A stretch of DNA of 36,895 nt from an uncultured Bacilli bacterium (GTDB taxonomy: Bacteria > Bacillota_I > Bacilli_A > RFN20 > CAG-826). This document shows positions 35,988 through 36,895 of the stretch, piece by piece. Under the pieces are notes generated by a model. That model made no database searches. It saw only the letters and a list, made by a program, of their open reading frames with translations, and was not told the origin of the DNA. The stretch's first letter is position 1. Every line of letters starts with the position of its first letter. The position numbers were made by a program, and so were the translations under genes. Location of the stretch: contig CAJOOD010000015.1 in assembly GCA_905236085.1 (NCBI GenBank), positions 1 through 36,895 of the forward strand, read 5' to 3'.

Positions 35988-36785
35988 ATGATTATCTGCA
36001 AATCACCACGTGAAATTGAACTTATGAAGGAATCAGGTCGCATTGTCGCTGAATGCTTTAAAGTATTAAAAGCCTCGATTAGACCTGGTATCACCACTAA
36101 GGAATTAGATGATATTGCAGAAAGAACTATACGTGCTGAAGGTGGTGAATCCGCGGAAAAGAATTATGGCGCGGACGCTAACGGCCAAGGCGGATTCCCC
36201 GGCACGATATGTATTTCTGTTAATGATACATTAATTCATGGTATCCCTTCTAAAGATATTAAATTAAAAGAAGGAGATATCGTCTCATTTGATATCGTGG
36301 TTAAGAAAAATGGTTACATGGCGGATGCTTGCCGTACTTATGGAGTTGGTAAGATATCACCAGAAGCAGAAAGACTTATGCGTGTAACTCAAGAAGCATT
36401 CTTTGAAGGCTTCAAACAAGTTAAAGCGGGTAATTATGTCGGCGACATATCTCACGCGATTCAGCAACATGTGGAAGCTAATGGCTATTCCTCACCTAGA
36501 GAATATACAGGTCATGGAATTGGAACACATATGCATGAAGATCCTTATATACCTAATGTAGGAAGTCCTAAGACAGGTTCATTGTTAAGGGTAGGCATGA
36601 CAATCGCGGTGGAACCAATGGTCAACATGGGTAAACATAAAACTAGAGTTTTATCTGATGGCTGGACAGTCAAGACCAGGGATGGTAAACTATCTTGCCA
36701 TTATGAGAATACCATTGCTATAACCGCAGATGGTCCAATAATTATTACATCTTACGAAGGAGAAGAATTTCATGTCAAAAGCTGA
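35988..36785 (+). CDS. map: Type I methionine aminopeptidase
   Basis: Start at ATG 35988 (AAGGAGA at 35971-35977; TTG 35982 rejected). [34 protein letters not shown]. Confidence 0.94.
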   Translation: MIICKSPREIELMKESGRIVAECFKVLKASIRPGITTKELDDIAERTIRAEGGESAEKNYGADANGQGGFPGTICISVNDTLIHGIPSKDIKLKEGDIVSFDIVVKKNGYMADACRTYGVGKISPEAERLMRVTQEAFFEGFKQVKAGNYVGDISHAIQQHVEANGYSSPREYTGHGIGTHMHEDPYIPNVGSPKTGSLLRVGMTIAVEPMVNMGKHKTRVLSDGWTVKTRDGKLSCHYENTIAITADGPIIITSYEGEEFHVKS

Positions 36786-36895
36786 TGTCATCGAAGTACA
36801 GGCGGTCGTTAAAGAAACCCTACCTAATGCGATGTTTAGAGTAGAGCTCGAAAACGGCGTTGTAATTTTGGCCACCGTTTCTGGTAAAATCCGAA
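36772..36895 (+). CDS. infA: Translation initiation factor IF-1 (partial, runs off the window)
   Basis: Not in the ORF track. My translation from ATG 36772 gives [49 protein letters not shown] upstream. Overlaps the map 3' end by 14 nt. Confidence 0.9.
   Translation, partial: MSKADVIEVQAVVKETLPNAMFRVELENGVVILATVSGKIR

Overview
36.9-kb window from a low-GC bacterial genome that uses the standard genetic code (TGA is a stop at tldD, tgt and the TetR gene). Gene content and order look Bacillota/Mollicutes-like; that assignment is inference only. (1) 1-3.6 kb: a 982-aa GltD-like Fe-S flavoprotein gene translationally coupled to a lone hypA, ending in a clean terminator. (2) 3.6-12.8 kb: a visibly more AT-rich, tightly packed six-gene operon. 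It encodes a RelB/DinJ-like RHH protein, a Hanks-type Ser/Thr kinase (with Zn ribbon and FHA-like tail), a TerY-like vWA protein, a PP2C phosphatase, a cytoplasmic transglutaminase-like Cys-His-Asp protein, and a 1639-aa DUF4011/Upf1-like SF1 helicase fused to a Vsr/DUF559-like nuclease. I read this as a composite anti-phage/conflict system and the main candidate for something not yet described as a unit. (3) 12.8-24 kb: pepC, a TetR gene divergent from tldD/pmbA, a GT2 glycosyltransferase, an M6-like lipoprotein metalloprotease plus a small unknown ORF, and tgt-queA-queH. (4) 24.0-36.9 kb: a near-consensus promoter and structured leader, then the S10-spc ribosomal cluster through secY-adk-map-infA. 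Its oddities are an L23 fused to two YegP/DUF1508 repeats, shared K/A/E-rich N-terminal extensions on L22, L5 and S5, and no L30 gene. I found no rRNA, tRNA, CRISPR array, transposase or integrase. All domain calls come from motifs read by eye; no searches were run.
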